Below are positions 24,639 through 32,170 of a stretch of 32,170 nucleotides of DNA, in pieces. The notes beneath the pieces were generated by a model. The model had not been told where the DNA came from. It searched no databases and worked only from the letters and a program-made list of their open reading frames with translations. Numbering within the stretch: the stretch's first letter is position 1; every line of letters begins with the position of its first letter. The stretch lies in the NCBI GenBank assembly GCA_023130215.1, contig JAGMAN010000030.1, positions 1 through 32,170 on the forward strand, read 5' to 3'. The DNA comes from a bacterium (GTDB lineage Bacteria > NPL-UPA2 > JAGMAN01). The position numbers and the translations under genes are program-made.

Positions 24639-25790
24639 ATGTTAGATTTTGAAAGGGAATTTGACTGCCATGCTGATATAAAGGTTATTGGAGTAGGAGG
24701 AGGAGGGTCGAATGCCGTTGACCATATGGTGGAGGAGGCCGGGCATAACGGCATCGACTTTATTGCTGTCAATACTGATACTCAAGCTTTAAAGAAGAGC
24801 ATCTCTCCTCAAAAGATACAGATTGGCCGAAGGTTAACCAAAGGATTAGGTTCAGGGGCTAATCCTGAGGTTGGACGCAAAGCGGCTGAGGAGAGTCGGG
24901 AAGAGATTACCGCCGCTTTAGCCGGGGCAGATTTAGTCTTCATTACTGCTGGATTAGGAGGAGGAACTGGAACTGGAGCCAGCCCGGTAATTGCTCAGGT
25001 TGCCGAAGAAGTGGGAGCGTTGACAGTAGCTGTGGTTACCAGGCCTTTCCTCTTTGAAGGGCGAAAGCGTAGCATCCGGGCAGAATCCGGCCTGAAGGAA
25101 TTAGGGGACAGGGTCAATGCCCTGATCTGCATTCCTAATCAGAAGCTCTTCAGTTTAGCCGGGAGAGAGGCCTCCTTCTTAGATGCTTTCAGGATGGCTG
25201 ATAACATCCTCCTTCAGGGAATTAAAGCCATTTCAGATCTTATCACAGTTCCCGGGTTAATAAATTTAGACTTAGCTGATGTGAGAACAATTATCGCTGA
25301 AGCGGGGGGAACACTTTTGGGAGTGGGTTTTGGAAGGGGAGTAGATCGGACCAGGGAAGCAACTCAAGGAGCCATTACCTGTCCCCTATTGGAAAAGGTA
25401 GATGTAGCCGGAGCCAGGGGAGTGTTAATTAATATTACCGGTGGAACGGATCTTAGTCTGAAGGACGTGGATGAGGTAACGGCAGCTATTTACGAAACAG
25501 TTGACCCCAATGCCAATATCATATTCGGGGCAGTCATTGACAAATGTTTAAAGGGCGAAATGAGAGTGACAGTTTTGGCTACCGGACTTAGAGATGGCCG
25601 CCAGGAGCAGCTCAGCCTCAAACTGGAGAGTCCAGTAGAGTTGCCTTCAATAGGGGAAACTACGCAGACAAGGTCTGCTCTTTTCAGGAGGAAGAGGCGA
25701 AAGGGGGTGAGGGCCCCTGAGGGGTTTATTGAAGAATCATCTTTGAATGACGATTTGGATACTCCCACATTTCTAAGGTGGGGGAAGTGA
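24639..25790 (+). CDS. ftsZ: Cell division GTPase FtsZ
   Basis: Start at ATG 24639 (MLDFE...) with AAAGGAGG at 24626..24633. Tubulin signature GGGTGTGASPVIA and C-terminal FtsA-binding peptide DDLDTPTFLR. Confidence 0.95.
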   Translation: MLDFEREFDCHADIKVIGVGGGGSNAVDHMVEEAGHNGIDFIAVNTDTQALKKSISPQKIQIGRRLTKGLGSGANPEVGRKAAEESREEITAALAGADLVFITAGLGGGTGTGASPVIAQVAEEVGALTVAVVTRPFLFEGRKRSIRAESGLKELGDRVNALICIPNQKLFSLAGREASFLDAFRMADNILLQGIKAISDLITVPGLINLDLADVRTIIAEAGGTLLGVGFGRGVDRTREATQGAITCPLLEKVDVAGARGVLINITGGTDLSLKDVDEVTAAIYETVDPNANIIFGAVIDKCLKGEMRVTVLATGLRDGRQEQLSLKLESPVELPSIGETTQTRSALFRRKRRKGVRAPEGFIEESSLNDDLDTPTFLRWGK

Positions 25791-25823
25791 AAGTAGGAAT
25801 AGGGAGGAAAAGGAGGGGGAAAA

Positions 25824-26618
25824 ATGGTTAATGTTTTGGAAGTGGAGGAGAAGATGGAAACGGAAAAGATTTCCTGGAGGGAGAGGGAAGGGATAAAATA
25901 TCTGGTCTTTCCCCGGTTTGAGGAGACTGACCTCGTCATCCATGCCTTTACCTCGCGCCCACTTGACCTAAGATTTGGAAGACGGCCGAGGGAGGGGATT
26001 CTCAGGGACAGGAGGCAAGTATGCCATATTTTAGGAGTAAACTTTCTCTGCTTGACCGCCGGGGAACAGGTCCACCGAGCTGAAGTGAGCACTGTCGGGC
26101 GGGAGGATGAAGGAAGGGGAGCCTTGACGCAGGAAGGGGCCATTCCTGAGGTGGATGGCTCAGTCAGCGATGTGTCTGAGGTTCCTTTAGTCCTCTTCAC
26201 AGCAGACTGCGTTCCTCTTTTCTTCCTCGACCCGGTTAAAAGGGCTATCGGCCTTGCCCATGCCGGCTGGAGAGGAACACTGGCCAGGGCAGCCGGGAAG
26301 GTAGTGAGTCAGATGGAGGAGGTATATGGCACAAGACCGGAGGACCTTCTGGTTATCTTAGGACCTTCCATCGGCCCCTGCTGCTATGAAGTGGGGGAAG
26401 AAATAATTAACCTTTTCCATCATCGCTTTTCTGATGGCCGGAGGTTGAATCTCTGGGAGGCTAACCGGGAGGAGTTGCTCAGTGAGGGTGTCAAAGATGA
26501 GAACATCGTTAACTCTGAGATCTGCACCAGTTGCCACAATGACATTTTCTTTTCTGAACGCCGGGATGGCTCTCCCACCGGCAGAATGATGGCTCTTCTC
26601 ATGCTCAGTTCGAATTGA
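25824..26618 (+). CDS. pgeF: YfiH/PgeF-family (COG1496, purine nucleoside phosphorylase / peptidoglycan editing factor) protein
   Basis: Conserved Cys/His blocks LFTADCVPLFF, GLAHAGWRG, GPCCYEVG and CTSCH..FFSERRDG. Its position just after ftsZ is common. GGAGG lies 7 nt upstream of the ATG. Confidence 0.8.
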   Translation: MVNVLEVEEKMETEKISWREREGIKYLVFPRFEETDLVIHAFTSRPLDLRFGRRPREGILRDRRQVCHILGVNFLCLTAGEQVHRAEVSTVGREDEGRGALTQEGAIPEVDGSVSDVSEVPLVLFTADCVPLFFLDPVKRAIGLAHAGWRGTLARAAGKVVSQMEEVYGTRPEDLLVILGPSIGPCCYEVGEEIINLFHHRFSDGRRLNLWEANREELLSEGVKDENIVNSEICTSCHNDIFFSERRDGSPTGRMMALLMLSSN

Positions 26619-26643
26619 CTTTTCCTATGGAGGGTGAATTAGT

Positions 26644-27345
26644 ATGGCTAAGAATCACACAACCCATGAAGACCGGGAGCTGCTGAGGGCGGCTAAAGCA
26701 AAAGAAGATTTTACCAAGACTGACCCCTGGCGAGTATTAAGGATTCAAGGTGAGTTTGTAGAAGGGTTTGATACTCTATCCAAAGTAGGGCCGGCGGTAG
26801 CCATTTTCGGGTCATCCCAGTTCAATAAGGAGAGTCCTTATTACCAGGCAGCGGCCAAAACAGCAGAAACCTTATCACGGGCGGGGCTGGCCATCATTAC
26901 CGGCGGCGGTCCCGGCATTATGGAAGCCGCCAACTGGGGAGCGCACCGGGCTGGCGGTATCTCGGTAGGTTGCAACATTGACCTTCCAAACGAGCAGGAA
27001 CCCAACCCCTACCAGACCATAGAGCTACATTTCCGTTACTTCTTTGTGCGGAAGATGATGTTCATCAAATACTCTGTGGCTTTTATCATCTTCCCGGGCG
27101 GTTTCGGCACCATGGACGAACTTTTTGAATCTCTTACCCTTGTTCAGACAGGAAAGATCAAACATTTCCCGGTTGTCCTCTTCGGGTTGCGCTATTGGAG
27201 GAAATTTCTACAGTGGATGCAAAATTGTATGCTAAGGGAAGGATGTATTTGTGATGATGACCTGTCACTCTGCACTATCACAGATGACCCGGAGCAAGCA
27301 GCTCAGATCATTATTGAGAATTCTAAGAGGCACGGATATATTTAG
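26644..27345 (+). CDS. LOG-family (TIGR00730) nucleotide 5'-monophosphate nucleosidase
   Basis: TGGGPGIMEAAN and the LOG signature PGGFGTMDELFE. Confidence 0.85.
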   Translation: MAKNHTTHEDRELLRAAKAKEDFTKTDPWRVLRIQGEFVEGFDTLSKVGPAVAIFGSSQFNKESPYYQAAAKTAETLSRAGLAIITGGGPGIMEAANWGAHRAGGISVGCNIDLPNEQEPNPYQTIELHFRYFFVRKMMFIKYSVAFIIFPGGFGTMDELFESLTLVQTGKIKHFPVVLFGLRYWRKFLQWMQNCMLREGCICDDDLSLCTITDDPEQAAQIIIENSKRHGYI

Positions 27346-28325
27346 CAGTTCTCCCTCCATGTCTTCCAGATGGTATAGGGGAGTTTTGGGATGTAGTAGC
27401 CAGCTATCCCGGCTAAGATGAGAGCCAAGTTTCGTCTACACTTTGGCACCTCCCTGGGCTGAAAGGTACCGTTTCGGTAAGCGTTATCCAGAGCGCTGTA
27501 GGTTTTGAGAAGACCGTTGCCCTCAAAGCAGTGGCGCACCCTATCTGAGGCTGTTTCCCGCAGAAACTCCTCGGGAAGAGGATAAATCTCCTTTAGCTCC
27601 TGATAAAGGGCTTCGCTCTCCCGGTTGTATCCAAAGAGAGCAACTGAGCCGCGTATCTTTTTATATTGGTTTCTATTTAGGGGAAGCTCCTCCTTTAAGT
27701 TGACGATTCTGTCTATGGCTTCTAAGAGTGCTCTGATGCGATTTAGGTCCCAGACCGGGTCAAAGATTCTGAGTTCTATTGTCCCCAATCGCATGGAAAA
27801 AATCATATCCTGAAATCGGTACCATCGGTTATCTCGCAATGGACCAATGAAAGGGGAGTGGTAGATGCGGCAGGACTGCCCGAAATATTGCCCTGCCCTG
27901 TAAGGCGAGTTCACCGTCAATAGAGAAAGCAAGGGAAGGAAGTGGGCTAAATTTGAGTAAGCCCGTCTTTTATCCGGGAGATTGCCAATGTGGACATGCA
28001 GGGCACAGGTCTTGGAATAAGATTTAAGGTCTATAAGGTGGCCAATGGGCAGGATTAGCCCGGGACAGGCCCCGGATAGTTCCTTTCTTCTACTGCTCAA
28101 ATCTTCCATCAACTTATGGACATCTTCCGAGACGCGGGTGGCTAATTCAATTCCAGCCATCAGCCCGGTGCCAATATCGGGGAGGTGGGAAAGGTTGGAG
28201 GCAGTGTAAAAATAGTTAAATAGAGGGTTATGAAAGAGAAGTTTGCTTAGATAGAAAAGAGATTGTAGAGTTGGCCTTCTATCCTCAACTACGAAGACTT
28301 CCTCCTCAATACCGTAGGTGGGCAC
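27342..28325 (-). CDS. GCS2-family carboxylate-amine ligase (YbdK-like), short form
   Basis: GTG start. YGIEEEVFVV, GIELAT, CALHVHIG, TVNSPY and RLGTIELRIFD match by eye the YbdK blocks GIELE, LELAT, GQHVHVG, SAASPY and GTVEVRVMD. It lies 10 nt downstream of rpoD on the same strand. Confidence 0.6.
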   Translation of the reverse strand: MPTYGIEEEVFVVEDRRPTLQSLFYLSKLLFHNPLFNYFYTASNLSHLPDIGTGLMAGIELATRVSEDVHKLMEDLSSRRKELSGACPGLILPIGHLIDLKSYSKTCALHVHIGNLPDKRRAYSNLAHFLPLLSLLTVNSPYRAGQYFGQSCRIYHSPFIGPLRDNRWYRFQDMIFSMRLGTIELRIFDPVWDLNRIRALLEAIDRIVNLKEELPLNRNQYKKIRGSVALFGYNRESEALYQELKEIYPLPEEFLRETASDRVRHCFEGNGLLKTYSALDNAYRNGTFQPREVPKCRRNLALILAGIAGYYIPKLPYTIWKTWRENC

Positions 28326-28335
28326 AGGGTTGTCG

Positions 28336-30090
28336 TTATCCTTTTTTCTCTGCCAGCTCTGACTCTAAGAATCCTTCTAATTTCCTGCTTCGCTTTGGAT
28401 GGCGAAGTTTCCCCAGGGCCTTGGCTTCAATCTGGCGCACTCTCTCCCTGGTCACTTCGAAGATTGTCCCCACCTCTTCCAGGGTGCGTGGGTAACTATC
28501 TCCAATGCCAAACCGAAGCCGCAGCACCTTCTGTTCCCTCTCCGTTAAAGTGGCTAGCACCTTCTCCATCTGCTCCTTGAGCATGAGGAAGGCAGTAGCA
28601 CTGGCCGGACAGATTGCTTCTTTATCCTCAATGAAGTCGCCGAAGTGGCTGTCTCCTTCATCTCCAACCGGGGTCTCTAAGGATATTGGCTCCTGGGCAA
28701 TCTTCAGTATTCCTCGGACCTTATCCGATGCCATCTTCATCACCTCAGCTAACTCTTCGGCCGCCGGTTCCCGTCCATATTCCTGGACAAGATAGCGGGA
28801 AGCTCTAATCAACTTATTGATGGTCTCAATCATATGAACAGGAATGCGAATGGTTCGGGCCTGGTCGGCAATGGCCCGGGTTATAGCCTGTCTAATCCAC
28901 CAGGTAGCATAGGTGGAGAACTTATATCCTCGACGATACTCAAACTTATCTACTGCTCTCATCAGGCCGATGTTTCCCTCCTGAATGAGGTCAAGGAAGG
29001 ATAAGCCCCGGCTAGTATAGCGCTTGGCGATTGACACTACCAGGCGGAGATTGGCTTCCACAAGCATCTTCTTGGCTTTATCTAACTTCCTTTCCTCTTC
29101 CTTTGCCAAACGGAGGAATCTGCGAATTTCATCCTTGGTTGTCCTTCCTTCCCTCTGCATCCTTCGAATCTTTTTCTGCCCGCTTCTAATTTCTCGGTAG
29201 AAACTGCTAATCTCCTCCCGCCCGAGGCCGCTCTGCCGGACTGCCTTCCTGGCCTCCCGGGGACCCTTAGCTACTCTTCGAGCTAATTGGCCAATCTCCT
29301 TCATTTTTAGACCAGCTTTTCTTTCCACTTTTTTAATATGGCTTTCTGCTTTCTCCATCTTCGCCAACAAATCCTTGAGCTGGGAGATAACTCTGCTCAT
29401 TTCTTCTTGGCTCAGATTAAATTCCTTCTCGGCCTGGATGATTTTCTCCTTCGCTCTCGCCCTCTTTGCTGAAAGCTTCTCCCTTTCCTTAAGGGGCAGA
29501 GTCTTTTTTTTCAACTGTCTCTTGAGGCTGGATAGTTCAGTTTCCCCCTTCTTCAACCTATCCATAAGCCTGGGAAGCTTTCTCAAGAGTCCTTTAGTAG
29601 CCTGAGGCGACCTCTCTTCACCTACCCCCTTTAATTTAGGCCCTCCTTCGCTTGCAGCACTCTTACGTGTCAATATCTTTTGCCCCAGGTTCCTCAGCTC
29701 CTTAGCGGTGAAGTCAGCATCCAGGACCAGGTTCCTTAAGTTTTCCTTAGCTCCTTCTATCTCCTTAGCCAATCGTATCTCCTCTTCCCGGGCCAATAGG
29801 GGCACCTGTCCCATCTCCCTGAGATACATTCTCACCGGGTCTTCTACTCTAACCTCTTCCGGGAGGACCTTCTCCTCTTTCACCTTAGCTGCTTTTTTCT
29901 TCTTATAGGATTCCTCGGTGGGGACAATCTCTATATCCATATCCCCAAGCATGACCAGGATGTTATCGATCTCCTCCGAGGAGATGACATCCTGAGGGAG
30001 AATGTCGTTCACCTCAGCGTAGGTGAGGTGACCTTTCTCCTTTCCCTTCTCAATGAGCTTCTGGACCTCTTCTCTTCTTTCCACTTTCAA
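28336..30090 (-). CDS. rpoD: Primary (housekeeping) RNA polymerase sigma-70 factor
   Basis: Region 1.1/1.2 and a long K/E/R-rich non-conserved region. Region 2 is [41 protein letters not shown] and region 4.2 is [24 protein letters not shown]. The track start is TTG 30090; GTG 30084 has better spacing from GGGGTGAG. Confidence 0.95.
   Translation of the reverse strand: MKVERREEVQKLIEKGKEKGHLTYAEVNDILPQDVISSEEIDNILVMLGDMDIEIVPTEESYKKKKAAKVKEEKVLPEEVRVEDPVRMYLREMGQVPLLAREEEIRLAKEIEGAKENLRNLVLDADFTAKELRNLGQKILTRKSAASEGGPKLKGVGEERSPQATKGLLRKLPRLMDRLKKGETELSSLKRQLKKKTLPLKEREKLSAKRARAKEKIIQAEKEFNLSQEEMSRVISQLKDLLAKMEKAESHIKKVERKAGLKMKEIGQLARRVAKGPREARKAVRQSGLGREEISSFYREIRSGQKKIRRMQREGRTTKDEIRRFLRLAKEEERKLDKAKKMLVEANLRLVVSIAKRYTSRGLSFLDLIQEGNIGLMRAVDKFEYRRGYKFSTYATWWIRQAITRAIADQARTIRIPVHMIETINKLIRASRYLVQEYGREPAAEELAEVMKMASDKVRGILKIAQEPISLETPVGDEGDSHFGDFIEDKEAICPASATAFLMLKEQMEKVLATLTEREQKVLRLRFGIGDSYPRTLEEVGTIFEVTRERVRQIEAKALGKLRHPKRSRKLEGFLESELAEKKG
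29647..29670 (-). repeat. 24-nt internally deleted derivative of the 60-nt repeat, copy D (in frame in rpoD, encodes TRKSAASE)
   Basis: The - strand reads ttgACACGTAAGAGTGCTGCAAGCGAAg. This equals copy A, including its TTG and G flanks, minus the central 36 nt bounded by the GCTGC direct repeats. Confidence 0.85.
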
Positions 30091-31896
30091 TTACTCACCC
30101 CTTTTCTTCACCAGGAGTTGCTGATACTCAAGCTGTAGATTCTTTACTAAGTCTTTCTGCCCTTGCCCCTCAGCCTCTCTTATTCTCTCAGTAAGCTCCC
30201 TCTTTTTGCTTTTCTTCCCTTCCTCTTTTATTCTGTTTATGCAATCCTCTATCGCTTTCGTCTTATCCTGGTAGGGGCTCTGCTCCATCACTAACCGGGA
30301 GACTGTGGCAGACAACTCTTCATCCTGAAGATAATTTATTACCTCCCCTATCCGGACTGGTTTACTTTCTTCCTTCTTTAAGTGAAAGATGACTTTTGCC
30401 AGTTGGCTGTATTTTTCATCTCGAAAATCGCTTGCTCTTAGTTTCTTCTTCACTTCCCCAACCAGCTCTTCTTCCTGAAGCATTATCTGGAGAAGGTCTC
30501 TCTCTGCTCGCGCTGAGCCGGCCTCCGGGGAAGGGATAGGTGAAGGAGTGCGGTCTTTCCCGCCGGGGCGAATTCGGAGGGCAGGTCTCCTCAGCTTCTG
30601 AAGTTCAGTCAGTATCCATTCCTCCCCTGAAGTAATTCTTCCCCTCAAATCCAGCTCCTCAGCCAACCTCTTAATGTAGCCTTTCTTCTCAATAGCATTT
30701 TGGAACTTATCAATAGTGGGAAGCATTCTCTTAACTATCTCGGCTGGACCTTCCACGGAATCTCTATTATATCGGGTGCTAAGAAGGTTTAGCTTATAAT
30801 CGAATAATCCTTCAGCCTCTTCTATCTTCCTCCGAAAAACCTCTTTTCCTTCCCGGCGAACGAACACATCTGGGTCCTGGCCAGGAGGCAGGGAGACTAC
30901 CTTAACATGCATTCCTTCCTCAACTAGCAGGTCCAGTCCCCTCAGGGTAGCTTCAACTCCAGCCGTATCACTATCGTAGACCATGACAACATCCTGTCCA
31001 TATCTGCGAAGAAGCCGGACATGGCCCGAGGTAAGAGCAGTCCCCAGGGAGGCAACCACATTACCGATTCCTCCTTGAGCGGGAGTAATAGCATCTAAAT
31101 AACCTTCTACCACAACCACCTTTCCTTCTCTTAAGATATGTTCCTTGGCCAGGTTTAATCCATATAGATTAGCGCTCTTATGATAGATAGCGGTCTCGGG
31201 AGAATTCATATACTTGGGGTCCTTCCCGTCCAGGGTTCTTCCCCCGAAACCAAGCACCTTGCCAGTCACGTTGAAAATGGGGAAGATGATACGATTGCGA
31301 AAGCGGTCATAGAAACCTTCTCCGTCCTTACGACTGAGAGCTAATCCAGCTTCCTCTAAGATAGAGGGGGAAAAACCTCGTTTGCCTGTTTCCCTCAACA
31401 AGCTGTCCCAGGAGGTGGATGCATAGCCCAGGCTGAACCTGCCAATTGTCTCCTTAGAGAGCCCTCTCCCCTCTAGTAAGTATCTTAGGGCTTTTGCCCC
31501 TTCCTGGCTCTTGAGGCAGCTCTGGAAGAATCTAACAGCCAGCTCATTTAGCTCAAATAGCCTCAGGTTCTTCCCTCCATCCCCTTCGGGTCCGGTCATC
31601 TCAGGCAGGCTAACCCCTGATTGGTCAGCTAACATTTTCAGGGCCTCCAGGAAAGTCAGGCTTTCGTGCTTCATCAGGAAGGAGAATACATTCCCTCCCA
31701 CCTGGCAGCCAAAGCAGTTAAAGATCTGCCTCTCGGGGCTGACCATGAAGGAAGGAGTCTTCTCCTGATGGAAGGGACAGAGAGCCTTAAAGTTCTTTCC
31801 AGCCGGCTTCAAAGGAAGATATTGGGAGATGACCTCAACGATATCTGATCGATTCTGGACCTCCTGAATTATCGAATCGGGAATACGATTAGACAT
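30091..31896 (-). CDS. dnaG: DNA primase
   Basis: CHC2 zinc finger CPFHQEKTPSFMVSPERQIFNCFGC and a TOPRIM domain (VVVEGYLD, YDSDTAG). It lies directly upstream of rpoD. Confidence 0.95.
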   Translation of the reverse strand: MSNRIPDSIIQEVQNRSDIVEVISQYLPLKPAGKNFKALCPFHQEKTPSFMVSPERQIFNCFGCQVGGNVFSFLMKHESLTFLEALKMLADQSGVSLPEMTGPEGDGGKNLRLFELNELAVRFFQSCLKSQEGAKALRYLLEGRGLSKETIGRFSLGYASTSWDSLLRETGKRGFSPSILEEAGLALSRKDGEGFYDRFRNRIIFPIFNVTGKVLGFGGRTLDGKDPKYMNSPETAIYHKSANLYGLNLAKEHILREGKVVVVEGYLDAITPAQGGIGNVVASLGTALTSGHVRLLRRYGQDVVMVYDSDTAGVEATLRGLDLLVEEGMHVKVVSLPPGQDPDVFVRREGKEVFRRKIEEAEGLFDYKLNLLSTRYNRDSVEGPAEIVKRMLPTIDKFQNAIEKKGYIKRLAEELDLRGRITSGEEWILTELQKLRRPALRIRPGGKDRTPSPIPSPEAGSARAERDLLQIMLQEEELVGEVKKKLRASDFRDEKYSQLAKVIFHLKKEESKPVRIGEVINYLQDEELSATVSRLVMEQSPYQDKTKAIEDCINRIKEEGKKSKKRELTERIREAEGQGQKDLVKNLQLEYQQLLVKKRGE

Positions 31897-31909
31897 AAAT
31901 ATCCTTAAT

Positions 31910-32170
31910 TTATCTTTTCCTCCGTCTCTTAGTGGCTCCTCTTTCCATCCTTCTAAATCCAGAACATGGAGTTATCTCTAAACGCTCTTCTCTCACCAAA
32001 TGGTCTATGAGAAGGTTCATCCCTAAGGTATCACTGGCCATATGCCCGGCAATGACCACATTGATATGGTGCTTCTCTGCCTCCTTGAGGTTCTCCTCCC
32101 CCATGTGCATGCCAACGATGGTCCCAATCCCGGCCTGGGACATCTTTTCCAGTAGCTCCTTCGCTCCCTC
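31910..32170 (-). CDS. Possible NIF3-family (dinuclear metal centre, YbgI/YqfO-like) protein, C-terminal fragment; the ORF is open to the right edge
   Basis: ..NVVIAGHMASDTLGMNLLIDHL resembles the NIF3 C-terminal block (E. coli YbgI ..FYAAGHHATERGGIRALSEWL). Only about 86 residues are visible. Confidence 0.4.
   Translation of the reverse strand, partial: EGAKELLEKMSQAGIGTIVGMHMGEENLKEAEKHHINVVIAGHMASDTLGMNLLIDHLVREERLEITPCSGFRRMERGATKRRRKR

Noticed and set aside
25490-26200. 236-aa ORF on the - strand spanning the ftsZ 3' end and the pgeF 5' end
   Set aside because: It lies antisense to two genes with strong family motifs. The product is low-complexity (S/P/T/L-rich) with no recognisable motif or SD. 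It is a typical shadow ORF opposite purine-rich coding sequence.
14451-29670. Whether the 60-nt repeats are a CRISPR array or a tandem/iteron array
   Set aside because: The copies are 2.8, 6.0 and 6.3 kb apart, are not regularly spaced, lie inside or between ordinary genes, and have no cas genes nearby. They are dispersed repeats.

Overview
Bacterial chromosomal window with purine-rich coding sequence, K/E/R-rich proteins and a diderm-type lolC/E fragment. I cannot place the taxon from sequence alone. The core is a complete division/cell-wall (dcw) cluster on the + strand. It starts with a near-consensus sigma70 promoter and three 10-bp-phased AGTGG boxes (probable MraZ operator). The genes run mraZ-rsmH-ftsL-ftsI-murE-murF-mraY-murD-ftsW-murG-[4-gene insert]-murC-murB-ddl-ftsQ-ftsA-ftsZ-pgeF-LOG. 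The left flank (- strand) holds a rhomboid protease, prfB (classical +1 frameshift, start at 2700), lysS and the start of a lolC/E-like permease. The right flank (- strand) holds a Nif3-like fragment, dnaG, rpoD and a GCS2-type carboxylate-amine ligase that ends 4 nt inside the LOG gene. I saw no tRNA, rRNA, CRISPR array, transposase or integrase. Two things stand out. (1) A 4.3-kb cassette of three GH130-like (beta-mannoside phosphorylase family) paralogues plus a GT4 glycosyltransferase splits the normally adjacent murG and murC genes, and its codon usage looks different by eye. (2) A previously unnoticed 60-nt dispersed repeat sits in the sense orientation at four sites. It is in the same reading frame inside murG and at the ftsQ/ftsA junction, and a 24-nt internally deleted form lies in that frame inside rpoD. 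A fourth copy is intergenic inside the cassette. This behaviour resembles the in-frame palindromic elements of Rickettsia. Further in-frame oddities in essential genes are a second 54-nt insertion in murG, an (AAAAACG)x4 repeat in murC and a (GATAAG)x5 repeat in ddl.
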